A DNA stretch of 61,074 bases, counting the filler, from Gonapodya sp. JEL0774 (Eukaryota): assembly GCA_027604505.1 (NCBI GenBank). It is 19 parts of 19 records of this genome, joined end to end, with 100 filler letters (N's around TTAATTAATTAA, not from the genome) between each part and the next. Parts side by side here need not be neighbours in the genome. Positions count along the whole stretch, not along the records: positions 19,405 to 22,526 come from JADIIX010001454.1; positions 22,627 to 25,746 come from JADIIX010001455.1; positions 25,847 to 28,964 come from JADIIX010001457.1; positions 29,065 to 32,182 come from JADIIX010001458.1; positions 32,283 to 35,399 come from JADIIX010001459.1; 14 more parts are not named here. One strand, 5' to 3'. Both the position numbers and the translations under genes were made by a program. Below the pieces are notes generated by a model that saw only the letters and a list, made by a program, of their open reading frames with translations, had not been told where the DNA came from and made no database searches. This document shows positions 22,401 through 32,603 of the stretch, one piece after another. How positions within the stretch are numbered: the first letter of the stretch is position 1; each line of letters begins with the position of its first letter.

Positions 22401-22485
22401 ACCAGGGGTAGAGAAGTGCATAATGGTATTTTACAATATTCAGACGGGGACTTTAGAAATGGGGAGTTTTCATATGAAGAATTGA
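19405..22485 (+). CDS. Prim-pol (AEP) + zinc-binding modules + D5_N/SF3 helicase + PD-(D/E)XK nuclease fusion; 5' partial, intronless, virus/mobile-element-like
   Basis: DIRNKGGMIIAPPS (prim-pol motif) at the contig start; C..H..N...CHDGEC; CFMC..CDNASC; LDANPLLLGFTNGVYDL...EDYLTMTVGYNY (D5_N); Walker A GSSGRNGKG; Walker B FAYMSE; motif C MCCND; C-terminal GRVDF..LETK..QMELY. Confidence 0.92.
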   Translation, partial: DIRNKGGMIIAPPSSFHVSGESDRRCYSWLEGKSPWDCELAKMPDWLVQSLRESGGGHAGTAKRCATRSHVQIEGPDSVNTPDAVKEFIAQSCAIMPTNVGSTKWLGDGAGYAISTNVLDCIFKMAAHKSNRQFIFVSTGGDMSRRCHDGECRDRCWGQRKLPGEVLQAIQGLFTSKAVVDPELVELARKEAADHLNDAVPGNNTMSMVLNSDSSGFEGSLKKFYNRDLCFMCGKGTLLATTNSRGLAISCDNASCSFKMPASGGISIPTEKYANLGKFFVIIQQLNITNNNTTNNFAAVGLEDMPSLFLGDEVVVRDNADLNTLILDALDGSDSTLARLFAHIHRGRIVYASDERWYIFRGHRWVCEKVPSLTELIDDPLTSEFRRVLNAAVPAYKKSDVGNKEAKIKRILSTLQSLKSDSKQNLIFSQCRKRSLLGDTDGTFLENLDANPLLLGFTNGVYDLKEHVFRAGASEDYLTMTVGYNYNPALMSDMHSRSEVEQFFDQVFPDAGVRHYVLLFLASTLEGYNKEHRFHFAHGSSGRNGKGVLMKIMEQTLGKYAVSVNSALICGKSGDANAATPQLTMMVNKRFAYMSEVQEGARINEELFKRLSGGDRLQTRELFKEMREVENTAKMLMCCNDMPKIDGSKQANVPRIVIIPFMSRFKEGECDPKKNEFPVDRTLETRVSGWKHAMMGILLEYHKEYSCNGLGILPEAMKKVKADYLGANDPNSLIEQYVKERLSNTGEGVGTEHLLSDYRKWERDLGVAHPHSGKNRLMVHFFDRLLMSDDQIRKVDGGEKVSNMRRYGKERKAGYAGWSFVDCQPSAPHTVTSLAGRNGACAMWNVDRQMCLPPGRHNIDWMETKEASILAGKVAEAQVKHYLCSGVENDWRKVMRECMDVTLETQREMNTYFTEREASVRDAVQLIKSVTNVISWVSPSENFRIETSNHGPVTGRVDFFGTRDTTFFILETKFSKSDVTPGNRHCRQMELYSRWGISQPGVEKCIMVFYNIQTGTLEMGSFHMKN

Positions 22486-22628
22486 ACTTCAGCGAAACAT
22501 TTGTAGAATGACTAAAACTCCAAATCNNNNNNNNNNNNNNNNNNNNNNNNNNNNNNNNNNNNNNNNNNNNTTAATTAATTAANNNNNNNNNNNNNNNNNN
22601 NNNNNNNNNNNNNNNNNNNNNNNNNNGC

Positions 22629-24272
22629 TCAACTGCTATTCTTCTGCTTCTCTCTCGGAACGGTTTCGGCGTTTCTGCGAGACCCGAGGTCGGAATGAGC
22701 TAACAGCGAATCGGTTTTCGTGTAGAGAGTGCTGGTTGTCCAATCACAAACCTTCCAGAAACTGGTCTCACCCAATCGATTTCCGGGTCCACCTAGCAAT
22801 CCCCACTCGTATACAGCAGAGAATATTTCGACCCTTCTTAGTGTCCTCCTGCCGAACCTGCAAACTGTTTCCAGCCACGTTTCAACTCTCCTCTCCGTAA
22901 GACCCCACATATGCACAGTCAAGCGCTCAAGTTGCGGTGCGAATGTTGTAAGGTCATTGAGAAACGGGCGAAGTGTGAGAGTGAACCCATACAGGCGAAG
23001 AGTATGAAGACGGGGATTTGCTTGGAGGATAAGGCGAAAGTCTTCCGGCGCTAAATCTGTTCGCACCAGACTCTGAGAGTCGGTATCAATATCCAGGGTC
23101 AGCTCGGTGAAGGTTCCCCGGGAGAAGAACGCGGAAAATGTTTCTGGATTTTGGAAGTAAGGGTTGGCGCCGTGATAGACACAGTTCGCGATGGTGAGGG
23201 ATTTAGATGCAGAGAGGAGAGATTCGGGGACGCAAGACGAATTCAGGGCGGGGAGACGGGTGAAGCGCTCTGCATTCTTGAGCATGAGGGTTAGTACGGT
23301 AGTATCGTGCCAAAAGAATTCGGCAGCATCTACGACGAGTGAATGGAACTTCACACAAAGCCTGAGGAGCGAGTGCAGCGAGTGTGCGGTGAGGGTGGGT
23401 AAGCGCAGGTGCTGGAGATTTGGACTCCGTGCGATGAACGAATCAAGGGTCGTTTCAAGATCGCCCGACCATTCAGTATGCCGGCGTAGTCCCAGCAACT
23501 CAAGACTTCTAAGATTCTTAGTTGGTACTGACAATAGTCCCTCCAGATCCTCCTTCTTCAAACGTTCGATACGCCCCACCTGTCCACTGCTCAAGTTAAC
23601 GGAAGCCACTGGACGGTAGTGGATCCGCAATTCCTCAATGGTTCGCACTATGTTCCATCCGCCGGTGCGGAATGCCGCCACGGGCACTTCGAGCTTGGTT
23701 AGACGTGGACATTGTACTGCCAAGTCCATCACCATCACCTCGCACCGCCGAACTCTGATCGATGTTAGAGACAGCGGCGGTATGACAGTCAATAAATCAT
23801 GAATCTCTGGAATCGGGAGATCTGCTGCGTGTAGGTCAATGCTTTGGATAAGGTCCGAGGACCACCTTGATGCCATCCTACGCTTCCATGATTCGAGCCC
23901 GGAAACAGATTCGGCATCGTTCGAAGTGGATTTTCTCCAAGATCTATGAGCGTCGCGTCCAAAAACGGGTCCTTTTCTGTGCAATCGTCCGTTCTCAATG
24001 CTACAAGAATGTCCCCGTCCAGTCCTAGGTCTACCACAGCTTTGATCCCCACTCACAGACTCTGCCGCTTCCTTCCATCCATTTAAAACTCTCGTCAATC
24101 CTCGTATCTGCTTTCTTGTCCTTGGCTCGCAGACGGAAAACATCCTAATGGATGCCCAGTCGTCGAACTCCGAGCAAACTAGACGTAGCGAGGAGAATAC
24201 GGCCTGATCCGAGGCCAAGGCCACCAAGTAAAAGATGCGATCGGTCAGCTCTGGTGGAAGCGGACGTGGCAT
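22629..24272 (-). CDS. F-box / RNI-like LRR protein
   Basis: ATG at 24272 gives MPRPLPPELTDRIF...LRLVCSEF, followed by repeats CPRLTKL, NLRSLEL, SPNLQHLRL, NPRLHTLRL and APQLERL. The 3' end may be spliced. Confidence 0.75.
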   Translation of the reverse strand: MPRPLPPELTDRIFYLVALASDQAVFSSLRLVCSEFDDWASIRMFSVCEPRTRKQIRGLTRVLNGWKEAAESVSGDQSCGRPRTGRGHSCSIENGRLHRKGPVFGRDAHRSWRKSTSNDAESVSGLESWKRRMASRWSSDLIQSIDLHAADLPIPEIHDLLTVIPPLSLTSIRVRRCEVMVMDLAVQCPRLTKLEVPVAAFRTGGWNIVRTIEELRIHYRPVASVNLSSGQVGRIERLKKEDLEGLLSVPTKNLRSLELLGLRRHTEWSGDLETTLDSFIARSPNLQHLRLPTLTAHSLHSLLRLCVKFHSLVVDAAEFFWHDTTVLTLMLKNAERFTRLPALNSSCVPESLLSASKSLTIANCVYHGANPYFQNPETFSAFFSRGTFTELTLDIDTDSQSLVRTDLAPEDFRLILQANPRLHTLRLYGFTLTLRPFLNDLTTFAPQLERLTVHMWGLTERRVETWLETVCRFGRRTLRRVEIFSAVYEWGLLGGPGNRLGETSFWKVCDWTTSTLYTKTDSLLAHSDLGSRRNAETVPREKQKNSS

Positions 24273-24641
24273 GTGGGGTTGCCGATTGGCGCAGGAAGAT
24301 AATTGGTGTCGGGTACGGGGTATGCTGTACTGATGTCCGTGTTCGCATTCCAACCACTCGGGAACGGAACTGGCTGAGATGAGTACACCACAACTTTTAA
24401 CACTCATTATATATCTCAAATTTCATGTTCGTCCCACAAATCAGTTCTCTAGCTTGTTCCTTTCAGACCCACGTGGAGTTCTGGGCCCATCTCATTGCTC
24501 TGCGTGACTTCCGTGAATAACCATCATGCTCTTCTCTATCAGCAGACCATTCAAATTTCCTGGGGGCTCGACTTCAGGGTTCCCATTACTTCCTATTCTG
24601 CCGCGCATAGAGAAACACTTGCACTTCCACGATTGGCACAA

Positions 24642-25365
24642 TCAGCACCGCCGCGTCCGCTTTCTGTTCTTAGCTCGTTCCAAGACTGAAGCTTCATCCA
24701 GCTCCTTTCTCTTTGTGCCTCTACTACTTTCACCTCCCTGAAAGTTTGTAGGATGCCCTGTTCTCTCCCATTCCAACAACCAAGCTTTTCGATCCAACCC
24801 GCCACCGTACCCAGTCAGTGACCCGCCTTTACCAACAATGCGGTGGCATGGAACAATTACACTGAGAGGGTTCTTGCCATTAGCTAACACATACGCACGT
24901 TCAGAGTCGATATGCAAGTATTTGACCTTGAGGACGAAATCGCTCACCAGCACCAACCGCCCGGCACGCCCTCACAGTTCCTGTGACCCGATTCGATAGT
25001 TCTTCGTAAGTTATGGTCACGCCATGATCCACTTTGCGGACCTCGTTCCAAACCCTTCGCTGAAAGTCTGTTCCCCAAACCGACAAATCGAGTTTCAAAT
25101 TGGCAAAAACGGTCGAAGGCGTGCCCCCGATTCGATTCGGGGAAAAGTAACGTGCAAAGCACTGTTCAGCCATTGAAAGAGCGGACGATTCTGAGTCCCC
25201 TTCCTCGCATCTCTCGTTGACCACAACTCTTATAGCGGAATCCCGTGAAAGCTTCATTTGATCCAGAAATCGTTCCACCGGATGAAAATCAGCATAACAT
25301 AGCCCAGAAGACGTGGCCGCAATACATAGGGGACCAAGAGGAGTTGTGATGGTGGTGTATTTCAT
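24642..25365 (-). CDS. MGT1: Methylated-DNA--protein-cysteine methyltransferase (O6-alkylguanine alkyltransferase), intron 24884-24947
   Basis: MKYTTITTPLGPL, GTDFQRRVW, and RAVGA|ANGKNPLSVIVPCHRIVG..GSLTGYGGG containing the active-site PCHR. Confidence 0.95.
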
Positions 25366-25846
25366 CTTCGCTTTTTGAACGCGTCGGCTCCATGTTTGTA
25401 ACGACTGCGGGGAAAACACCGACTCACGTAAATTCTCAATATAAATACATTGTGCAAACTATACGCATAGAATGGGGGCATGTCCAAGTATTACAACTCA
25501 CTTCCGCCTTTGCATACGTACTATATAAAACGGTAAGATACCCATCTGGAGTCGTCGGGTTCCAGCCCTTGACCAAATGTACCCTGCACTCCTCCAGAAT
25601 GATATGAAGGAAGTGCCTCCATTGTCAAGTCGACATGGTTCTGATGCGATCCAATCCAGAACTGCGAGTTTGTAGAACTGCCGCTTTCGACCCATTCCCA
25701 ATCGCAGTTTTCGGAGCACTCTGAACTCCAAAAATTTTCGCAATCTNNNNNNNNNNNNNNNNNNNNNNNNNNNNNNNNNNNNNNNNNNNNTTAATTAATT
25801 AANNNNNNNNNNNNNNNNNNNNNNNNNNNNNNNNNNNNNNNNNNNN

Positions 25847-28170
25847 CCACGCACGTCGGTTACATAATCAAGCACGTCCTTGTTCCTGACCCCAATAGTA
25901 GGAACCCCTGTTCTCCAAATTACCACATCCCCATTCATCCCGATGCCGGCTACAAGATCCAAGTTTGGGTGTTTGATGAGTTTTCGCGTCCCTCCTGGGC
26001 TTGCAGCCAGAGTACGATGAAGGCGTACATGCGAACTGTCCCTGTCGGCAGCGAGGAACTCCTCGAGGTTTTGAACATAAATGTTGAGCACTCCACGCGA
26101 GTTTTGTGTCACAAACACGAGCTCAGTGGGGTAGTACGTGCTGCCTGCACCAACTGCACTATCATCATGGAAGACGAGCGGTGTGTCCATGAAGAACTCG
26201 TGGTCCGACGGTTGGAGGCCGTGTGCAATCCGCATGATGATGTTGACTTTCGGCGTGCGGCGGGGATGAGTAGTCAGATTCTGGATTATAAAAATTCTAG
26301 CCTGTCAAGAAGAGCATCGAACTCAGCTTTCGAAATTTGTCACTTACCTGAATACCCCACAAAACTACTGTGCCGTCCCCGAACACCTGAAGTAACATAT
26401 CCGGATGCTCTCGTACCGCTTCTCTGAGTCTTCTCACTCTTTTTGCTTCACCCGAGCCAATCAGACCTCCTCTTCCAGTGCCGGCCGTGGGCACCGTTGG
26501 ACCTGATGGTGAAACAGGACTGCCTGATGCTGTCCGTCCATGCATCCGCCCGCCCGGTAGACCATCACGTCGCCGTTCCTCCTCGCGATCTGATTTTCCC
26601 TCAATGGCTGCAAGCACCTCATGCTGATCCAGAAAGTGGACGGCCGGCATCTCCAGATCGGGAACTGTTGGGTGCCCGTTTCCCGTGGCTCCTCCAACGT
26701 GACTTGTATGATTGAAGCCCGCCGCACCACCCGTGTTGCGATCAAACGAGCAGGCAAGATGGAAGGTCGGCGCTGCACCGTCCACGCCAGTTTCGGTCCA
26801 GAGACGGGAAACACGATCCCGACACATGGTGAGAAGTACGTTATCCTCCACAGCACTGGCAACGAAAGCTGTGAAGAGGCAGCGATATTCACAGTGAGCA
26901 ACAACAAGTCCTACCGAAGGCGTTGAACAGTCTTCCGCCACTCGCAGTAGAGCACAGACCGTGGGTGTTGCAAGTACAGAAAATCATACTGGACTGTTTG
27001 CGGACTTGGCTGCGAGACTTTCGACGACACTGAATGCCAACGCAACAAAATGCCTTTTTTCGCGAACGGATGCGAAAAAGTGCAAGTAACGTCTCTTTCT
27101 AACTTACCCAGATCTGAGGGCCTTCGATACCAGATTTTCACCAGTCGGTCAAACTTGGCCAGGTAAAATTGTCACCATCACTCGACTAGTGCCTTGGAAG
27201 ATTGGTACATACCGCTCCGTAAGTGTAGAACAAGGTGCCGTCCGGCGAGAAATCGGCTCGCTCAACATCAGCAGAGAGTCTAGGAGCAAGGACATCCAGT
27301 CACGTGAGCCATAACTTCTCGAAAATTACATGAACTGATGAGACTCACTCTGCACTCCAGGTCAAAGTGGGGTCGCTCAATGATAAGTCCCATATCGCGA
27401 CTGAGGACCCGGCAGACAGAAGCGTTCCTAGTTATACAATCACGTGAGTGCAAATGCAATGCCAACACGAGAGTGTATTCAAAGCTATGCCCACCTTTAC
27501 AGCTCCAGCTGAGAGACTTCACGACGAAGCTGTTGGGGACCGTCGCTTGGAGGGTCCATTCGATGTTCGGGTCTCGCTTGGGATCAACGGGCTCCACAAA
27601 GCGCGGTACGAAGATTGCGACGTGCGAGCCATATGCAGCTGCAATCTATACAATAAATTTGGTGAAGATGCCCATCCCGATTTGACATTCGGCATCCGAT
27701 CAGACAACTTGCACTGTCTGAGCTATCTTTCGCACCGGTCACCATACCTTTCCATCGAAGGAAGAGAATGCTAAGGCAGAGACAGAGACGCCCCCGTGAT
27801 CATCCCAGGACATGGATTGTGTATGAATGAACTCGAGCGTATAAACAATAACGCTGTTTCCGCTTCCATATGCCTTTGGTTCAAGTCACGAGATAGCGAG
27901 AGCAAAAAAAGTGCAAGAAAGAAGTTAGGAATGCGCCGTTATGAAGTTCTCTGATCAAAACCAAAAGAACATTGAGCTCACAATGAAGCGTCTCCCTTTG
28001 AAGTTTCCAATGTCCTTCGACTCTGATGTATTAGCCTTGCCCGTCGTAAAGAGTTGTTCGTGAGCATGCGGAGGAACATGAGGAACTTGAGTCTTCAAAC
28101 TGTTTGTGGGAGCTTGAACTCCAGATGCAGTTTTATCCCTGACACCGTTCTCAAACGCCGTCGCTGCCAT
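25847..28170 (-). CDS. RAV1: RAVE subunit Rav1 / DmX-like WD40 protein, N-terminal part, spliced, 3' partial
   Basis: AYGSGN, IAAAYG..V.IF, FSPDGTLF, DRLVKIWY, YDFLYLQHPRSV...WR and NVLLTMCRD.V.RLW.ET match the Rav1/DMXL N-terminal propeller. Confidence 0.85.
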
Positions 28171-28598
28171 TCCGGAGAGACCGAATCTGCTTGCTGGAGA
28201 GCGTTTTCAATAATGGAGACTGAGGGGGACAAATTCAATTAGAAACAGTGTATGAGTCAGAAGCTTTTGATCACCGGCTCATTCACAAAAATCATGCTGC
28301 ACACACCCACGTTCCTGCTTAGGTGACAAACGTATCAGGTCTAACCACCTTAAAAATTTCTTGCTATCTGGTTATTTGAACATGAAGTGCGTGAATTTCG
28401 CGAGCACACAGTGTCTTACGGCAATCTCGCAGAAATTCCTGACACTGTAGAGGTGAGTATGAGTTTAAGGGCAAGATTACCTTGGTGGGTTAAAGCCGCT
28501 GTGTGCCAATATCTGCGCGTCGTGAACTGGTGCATTGGGCTTCTTGTCTTCCCATTCTGCGCACATAATCTTCACATTCTGCCCGCATCAACACAGGA

Positions 28599-28964
28599 AT
28601 GACAGAGCGCCGATACACCCGACCTGCCGCTCAAAAAGCCAATGCAGCAATCAGGACGGACGCTGAAATCGATGCTTTAGCGGACGGCACTGAGCTGACG
28701 AATGTTCGGATCACCGCAGAAGCAGCTATATTGGATGATGAAGTAGAACCTTCAAGGAGCAGGGAGACGAAACGGAGAAGGAAATTAACAAGCAAAAGCA
28801 ACGACGATACACTCGGTCCGGGTGTGATGAACGGGAGTGCCATAGCTGTGGACCTCTTGAAAGATTTAAAAACGGAAGCTGTCGTCACGAGGCCCGCGGG
28901 TACTAACATCGATAGTATGCCAGTGGAAGTTCTCGCGTCGATTGTGGAGTGAGCTCTTTGGTTT
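28599..28964 (+). CDS. F-box protein, 5' fragment
   Basis: Basic KRRRK segment, then IDSMPVEVLASIV followed by a gtgagc donor near the contig end. Confidence 0.55.
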
Positions 28965-29064
28965 NNNNNNNNNNNNNNNNNNNNNNNNNNNNNNNNNNNN
29001 NNNNNNNNTTAATTAATTAANNNNNNNNNNNNNNNNNNNNNNNNNNNNNNNNNNNNNNNNNNNN

Positions 29065-29836
29065 TGATGTTCTCGGTCAACATGGGGCTCTACACACCCC
29101 CGTACTTTGTACCGATCCAAGCCACGTCGCTTTTGGGCATTTCCAAATCGGATGCTTCGATTCTTGTTTCTATCCTCAACGTATCCGCAGTAGCCGGTCG
29201 ACTTGGGCAATCCGCTGTGGGAAGTGCTGTGGGCACGATCAACGGTATGCTCCTTTCAACATGCATGATGGGACTTTTTGTTGGTGTTGTGTGGCCAATC
29301 TGTGGAGGATTCTGGTCGATGGCTGTGTTTGTAGCAGGATTTGGATTTTGGAGTGGGACGTACAAAGGTGTGATCTCCTGTACTTGAAGGTGATTTGGGT
29401 CATGCTTAACATTCTGATGTTGTGCGGTCCTCTGCAATTCAATCAAGGTTTAATGATGCTCACAATAGCAAACTTTTTCAGCCCCTATGGCCTCGCCACG
29501 GCTACAGGCCTTCTCTTCCCTTCTCTCGTTCCCGGATATCTGGCAGGAAACACTATTGCGGGAGCGCTCCTTGACATCGGAAGCTCTACCACAACAACCA
29601 CCTTCGCCGATGGGTCCACACAAACAACACGCAAACTCGGAAATGCAGTACCGGCCATGGTTTTCGCTGGCGCGTTCATCTTGCTGGGAACCTGCGTGGT
29701 CGCTGTGCTTCGGGCCAAGAAGGTTCGAGAGATCACAGGACCAGACGAGGCGGAAAATTGGGAAACTGCTAATGAAAAGAGAGGTGACGAAAGAAAGCCA
29801 CCGGAGCGAGTGCTTGGGATGATATGGAAAGTATGA
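29065..29836 (+). CDS. MFS transporter, monocarboxylate porter (MCT/Mch) type, 3' half, one intron
   Basis: YTPPYFVP, SILNVSAVAGR, FGFWSG, ATATGL and G..IAGALLD, with several hydrophobic helices. Confidence 0.85.
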
Positions 29837-30081
29837 TCGTGAACGACCGGCAAAACGGTCCATTTCATACAAAATTGAACTGTTGCATCACTTCAAACGG
29901 TGGACTTGATCAGGAGGCTAAGCTTATGTAAAAATCTGCTACTTTATGATATTCGCAGTCCAGGTAACCTAATTACTGACTAAGCAGACCGTGTTCGAAT
30001 TCCTGATATTCAAGCTGCGATCGACTCCTAAACCTCGTTCGTAATCCCCATTCAACAAATACTCAGCATATACTCAAACAC

Positions 30082-31032
30082 TCAAACAATAGCCACAAAG
30101 ATCAAACCACTTCCATTCATACCAAATGATTGTGCGGTCGTCCCCCTTCGAGGTGCCGACCCACCGTCTCGGATGCGAACTACCACCACCGCCTCCAACT
30201 CGGGGTCGTACAATCTAATCGCTCTCGCAAGAGCATGCTCATGGCGCTCGGGAGGAATGGCTCGTGGGTGGAAGGGGAGGTCGTGGTGGGGAACAAACGT
30301 GGCCGACAGCAAGGCGTCTCGTGTTGTTGGACCATTGACGGTGCCAAATTTGTAGCTTGCTCCGATCCCGTGCAAGTCCTCTTGCATTGCACGATGACGG
30401 GCTCGCATGCGGGAGCGAACACGCTCGACGTCCTCTTCGTCGCCTTGTCCGCCTGGAAGCGTAGGTGCACGAGATGAGGTCGCGCTCTCGTCGGTGGTGG
30501 CTATAATATCATCCCAGCTCGTAAAATCGAGCTCGACGCTTCCCCTGCGGCCCTTTTGGCGGTAGGCTTCCGTGGAAAAGGTTCGGAGCGGGTCCGCGTG
30601 TTGCCCCAAGAAATTCGCCAACGCCTCATACGCGTCGTCCGAATCTGAAGTATGTGGTGCACCTCCTAGTAGACTTCTGACAATATCTTCGAGTCTTTGA
30701 GATGCGGCGGATTGGGTAGGGGCTGGTAGACGGATCCCGTGGATGTGGTGGTCATCATGCATATTCATATACATGCCGTTCCTTGTTCGAATTTGCGATG
30801 TACGGCATTCATCGGAGCAGAACGATTCCCTCGACGAGGAGAAGCGTATCGCGGCGTCCCGACGACCCGTGACCGGGCGGCTTCGGTGAAAGGAGAGTGG
30901 ATCTGCGAATACGTAATCCGTGCCGAAAACGTCTTCGACGACAGAGAGCTGAAAACGAGGTTTGCCCGATTTAAATTTCGAGGAGTGAAATAGGCAATGG
31001 GGGTTCTGACATGGTTGTGAGGGGTAAGACAT
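30082..31032 (-). CDS. Hypothetical protein with possible N-terminal Cys/His zinc-binding motif
   Basis: 316-aa ATG-initiated ORF containing CQNPHC...FCSDECR. Confidence 0.55.
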   Translation of the reverse strand: MSYPSQPCQNPHCLFHSSKFKSGKPRFQLSVVEDVFGTDYVFADPLSFHRSRPVTGRRDAAIRFSSSRESFCSDECRTSQIRTRNGMYMNMHDDHHIHGIRLPAPTQSAASQRLEDIVRSLLGGAPHTSDSDDAYEALANFLGQHADPLRTFSTEAYRQKGRRGSVELDFTSWDDIIATTDESATSSRAPTLPGGQGDEEDVERVRSRMRARHRAMQEDLHGIGASYKFGTVNGPTTRDALLSATFVPHHDLPFHPRAIPPERHEHALARAIRLYDPELEAVVVVRIRDGGSAPRRGTTAQSFGMNGSGLIFVAIV

Positions 31033-31337
31033 TCTGTATGTTGGATTGAGGTTGCGGACGGGCTCAGCTGTGTTCGGTGCTGGGGGGAGTCATGCAAGGA
31101 TGGGCTTTCAAATCCCTGTCCAACCAACTTCTTTTCGGACTAGTGAGGTTTCTCCACATTTATCGGAGCGAGCTCAAGCAGCGCCTTAGTTCGATCTGAA
31201 TTGTCTGGCTGACTCAAAGTGTACAGGATGGAAATTCAAAAGTGCAACCGAACAATACACACTAGAATACGTAAACTCTATCACTCAAAAAAAGTCTACA
31301 TTGTGCACCATCCACGTTAAAATATGGTACCATTTCG

Positions 31338-32084
31338 CTATTGGTATGGTGGGGGAGCGTAACTGGGAGGCTGGGCGGTATATCCACCTGGAGGGGGATA
31401 ACCGCCAGCAGCAGGCTGTGCACCCTGCGGCGGAGGACCCGGGGGTGGAGCGTAGCTTCCTTGTTGAGGTCCAGGAATCGGTTGGTCGAGGTAAGCACCG
31501 GCTTTCGTGTCACCTGTGGGGGGAGCATAGCCATAGGGGACGGGTCCAGGTGGCGGTGCACCTTGCCTTGGTGGCATCGGTGGGGGCCCACCCGTGGATG
31601 ATCCTCGCGGAGGAGGAGGGTATGCCTGTGAGGCAACCTGAGGAGGAGGCCCCGCCGCCGGCGCCGCCACAGCTCTTCCCAGTTGCCCCATCATGATTTC
31701 TTTTCGCTTGGCGATCTGCGCTGCTCGTGCCTGGTCAAACGCGGCCTTGGCCTGGCCTGCCTGTGCCTCCTGTTGCCCGAGCACGCCGGCGGACCAGGCG
31801 ACTAGACCTCCTAGAACAGCGGCGGATTGATTCAAACCAGCGAGAGACTTTTGAATTTTCTCTGAGCAATGGAAATAAAGTCAATAGCCATCACTTCGGA
31901 TCAAAATAAGAGTGCCATAAGACTCACGCTTGATGTAGATGTCGGTAAAAACATTATCAAACGCGACATCGAGGAGGAAGTTGCCTTGCGTGACGTGAAG
32001 ACTGCCGATGTTGGGGATGTTGGGATTGAGGGCACGCACTCGGTCGAGACAGACTTGTGCGGCGGTCGCAAAATTTCGAGCCTC
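31338..32084 (-). CDS. Conserved hypothetical helical protein (FDNVFTD motif) with Pro/Gly/Tyr-rich tail, 5' partial, spliced
   Basis: The exon ...LDVAFDNVFTDIYIK|gtgagt splices to KIQKSLAGLNQS..., followed by a PPPG/YAPPP tail. Confidence 0.6.
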
Positions 32085-32603
32085 TGCATTTGAATTGGGT
32101 TATCCCACTGACGTGCCAGGTATCACCGCAGTGATACCCACCAGCCATGCCGTTTTGCTTCGCCAGTTCCACAAACAAGCTANNNNNNNNNNNNNNNNNN
32201 NNNNNNNNNNNNNNNNNNNNNNNNNNTTAATTAATTAANNNNNNNNNNNNNNNNNNNNNNNNNNNNNNNNNNNNNNNNNNNNGACGCGGTCGAAAACGTC
32301 GAGGTCGATTCTTGGCTTCGCGGGTTCTCGAGTCGTCATAATGTTGGAAGCAATAGACTGTAACCTTGGGCGGGTGCAGAGTGTCGGATGTTGCACGAGA
32401 GCGACTTGAGGTGCTGTGGCCACTGTCCCCTCACGCGCAGCAGTGCGCAGTACGCTGAGTGCGCAGCATTAGAGTGATACATAAAGCGAGAAAATTACAT
32501 TGTATTCGGGCAAGATGGAAATGAAGCTACTCAAAGAGCAACCATGGTGTTTGAGCGTTGGCGTACATGGCCGAAATAATCATAAGTCAATAGTCTACAA
32601 TAT

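Noticed and set aside
18590..22485. The two nuclease-bearing ORFs read as one divergent or inverted element
   Set aside because: They are on different contigs separated by a linker, so their order and orientation are arbitrary. Only the homology is meaningful.
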